A stretch of 64,000 bases of DNA, from NCBI GenBank assembly GCA_046313635.1, contig JBKBYA010000005.1, positions 93,483 through 157,482 on the forward strand, in the 5' to 3' direction. Below, piece after piece: positions 62,780 through 64,000 of the stretch. How positions within the stretch are numbered: position 1 is the first letter of the stretch; each line of letters starts with the position of its first letter. The stretch is from Pyrinomonadaceae bacterium (GTDB taxonomy: Bacteria > Acidobacteriota > Blastocatellia > Pyrinomonadales > Pyrinomonadaceae). The notes beneath the pieces were generated by a model. The model saw only the letters and a list, made by a program, of their open reading frames with translations. It made no database searches and was not told the DNA's origin. A program made the translations under genes and the position numbers.

Positions 62780-64000
62780 TACTTCTTGCTCTTATGGCGC
62801 TCGATCAGCCTGATCGGCGTCGCAAAAAAATCAAATTGCTCACGCAAGCGATTTTCGATGTATCGAAGATACGAAAAGTGCAGCCCCGGCCTGCCGCCCG
62901 ACGTGAAAAGGATGAACAGCGGCGGCCTCGTGCCGCCCTGTGCGATGAATTGGACTTTGAGTCGCGATACGCCGCCCTTTACCGGTGCGGGCGCGGCGCC
63001 GCCCTTTGGCTGCAGGACCGACTCTTCAAAGAAACGATTGAGCTGAGATGTCTGTATGCGCCGGTCGCGGGCCTCGTGAGCTTTCGCGACGAGCGGCAAA
63101 ATTCGCTGGACGCGCTGGCCGGTAAGTGCCGAGATCGTCACGACCGGCGCCCAGTCGAGAAACTTCATCTGCCGGCGCAGCTCTCGCTCGAATTCGATCG
63201 CGGTGTTCGTCTCCTTTTCGTCGATCGCGTCCCACTTGTTGACCGCGATGATGATCGAGCAGCCCGAGTCGAGCGCGTAGCCGGCGATGTTTGCGTCGAG
63301 GTTGGTCACGCCCTCGACGGCGTCGATGACGAGTATCGCGACGTCGGCGCGCTCGAGCGACTTGCGGGCCATGATGACCGAGAGTTTCTCGGCCATCTCG
63401 GTCGTCTTGCCCTTGCGGCGAATGCCCGCGGTATCGATCAAAAGGTATCTTTTACCGTCTGCCTCGAGATGCGTATCGACGGCGTCACGCGTCGTGCCGG
63501 CGATAGGCGAGACGATCACGCGCTCCTCGCCGAGGATCTTGTTCAGCAGCGACGACTTGCCCACGTTCGGCCGGCCGATTATCGCAAGCTTGATCTCGTC
63601 GCTTGCCTGCCCGCCGATCTCTTCTTCAAAATCCAGCGACTCAAAGACCTGGTCGAGCAGGTCGCCGATGCCCGCGCCGTGCTCGGCCGAGACGGGCGTC
63701 AGCTCAAAGCCGAACCGATAGAATTCGCCCGCCTCGTCCTCGGCCTTTCGCGACTCGGCCTTGTTTGCTGCGATATAGACAGGCTTGCCCGTATTCCTCA
63801 GCAGCACGGCGAGCTCCTCGTCGAGCGGCGTGATGCCGGCGCGCGAGTCGACGACCCAGATGATCGACTGCGCTTCGGCGATCGCGTGGCCTGCCTGCTT
63901 GAAAATGTTTGCCGGGATCACCGCTTCGTCATCGGGAACGATCCCGCCCGTATCGACAAGCCTGAATGTCTTCGCCTTCCAATCGACCTCGCCGTAGATG
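62779..64000 (-). CDS. der: Ribosome biogenesis GTPase Der (5' end outside the window)
   Basis: DTGG and NKAE of G-domain 1; GRPNVGKSS, GTTRD, DTAG, NKWD of G-domain 2; KH-like C-terminus. Confidence 0.96.
   Translation of the reverse strand, partial: IYGEVDWKAKTFRLVDTGGIVPDDEAVIPANIFKQAGHAIAEAQSIIWVVDSRAGITPLDEELAVLLRNTGKPVYIAANKAESRKAEDEAGEFYRFGFELTPVSAEHGAGIGDLLDQVFESLDFEEEIGGQASDEIKLAIIGRPNVGKSSLLNKILGEERVIVSPIAGTTRDAVDTHLEADGKRYLLIDTAGIRRKGKTTEMAEKLSVIMARKSLERADVAILVIDAVEGVTNLDANIAGYALDSGCSIIIAVNKWDAIDEKETNTAIEFERELRRQMKFLDWAPVVTISALTGQRVQRILPLVAKAHEARDRRIQTSQLNRFFEESVLQPKGGAAPAPVKGGVSRLKVQFIAQGGTRPPLFILFTSGGRPGLHFSYLRYIENRLREQFDFFATPIRLIERHKSKK

Overview
A GC-rich bacterial chromosome segment. 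Gene content (tandem VWFA-related proteins, TonB-ExbBDD with a TPR lipoprotein, satellite BMC genes) suggests Acidobacteriota, probably Blastocatellia; this is an inference, not a database result. Most of the window is housekeeping or metabolic: fmt, def, pruA, ppa, lpxC, gndA, guaB, rpmB, a long RelA/SpoT homologue, secDF-yajC-tgt and der. Scattered among these are acyl-CoA catabolic genes (split AtuA, two crotonases, a carboxyltransferase beta subunit, a B12-binding domain), three secreted peptidases (M28, M4, M12), an orphan GspE/PilB-GspF/PilC pair and a four-gene microcompartment cluster. I saw no rRNA, tRNA, CRISPR array, transposase or phage genes. The most interesting unexplained structures are (1) two tandem ~120-nt putative small-RNA genes at 22.9-23.3 kb, each with its own sigma70-like promoter, three hairpins and a U-tailed terminator, sharing an exact CGG-AAUGGGGG-CCG loop motif; (2) two REP-like inverted-repeat elements inserted in frame inside intact enzyme genes; (3) two four-helix-bundle genes tied to heptamer-repeat arrays, one fully enclosed by a 20-bp inverted repeat; and (4) a pair of small secreted proteins sharing a Trp-periodic motif. 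Several start codons were moved downstream of the ORF-track starts on the basis of RBS and family N-termini.
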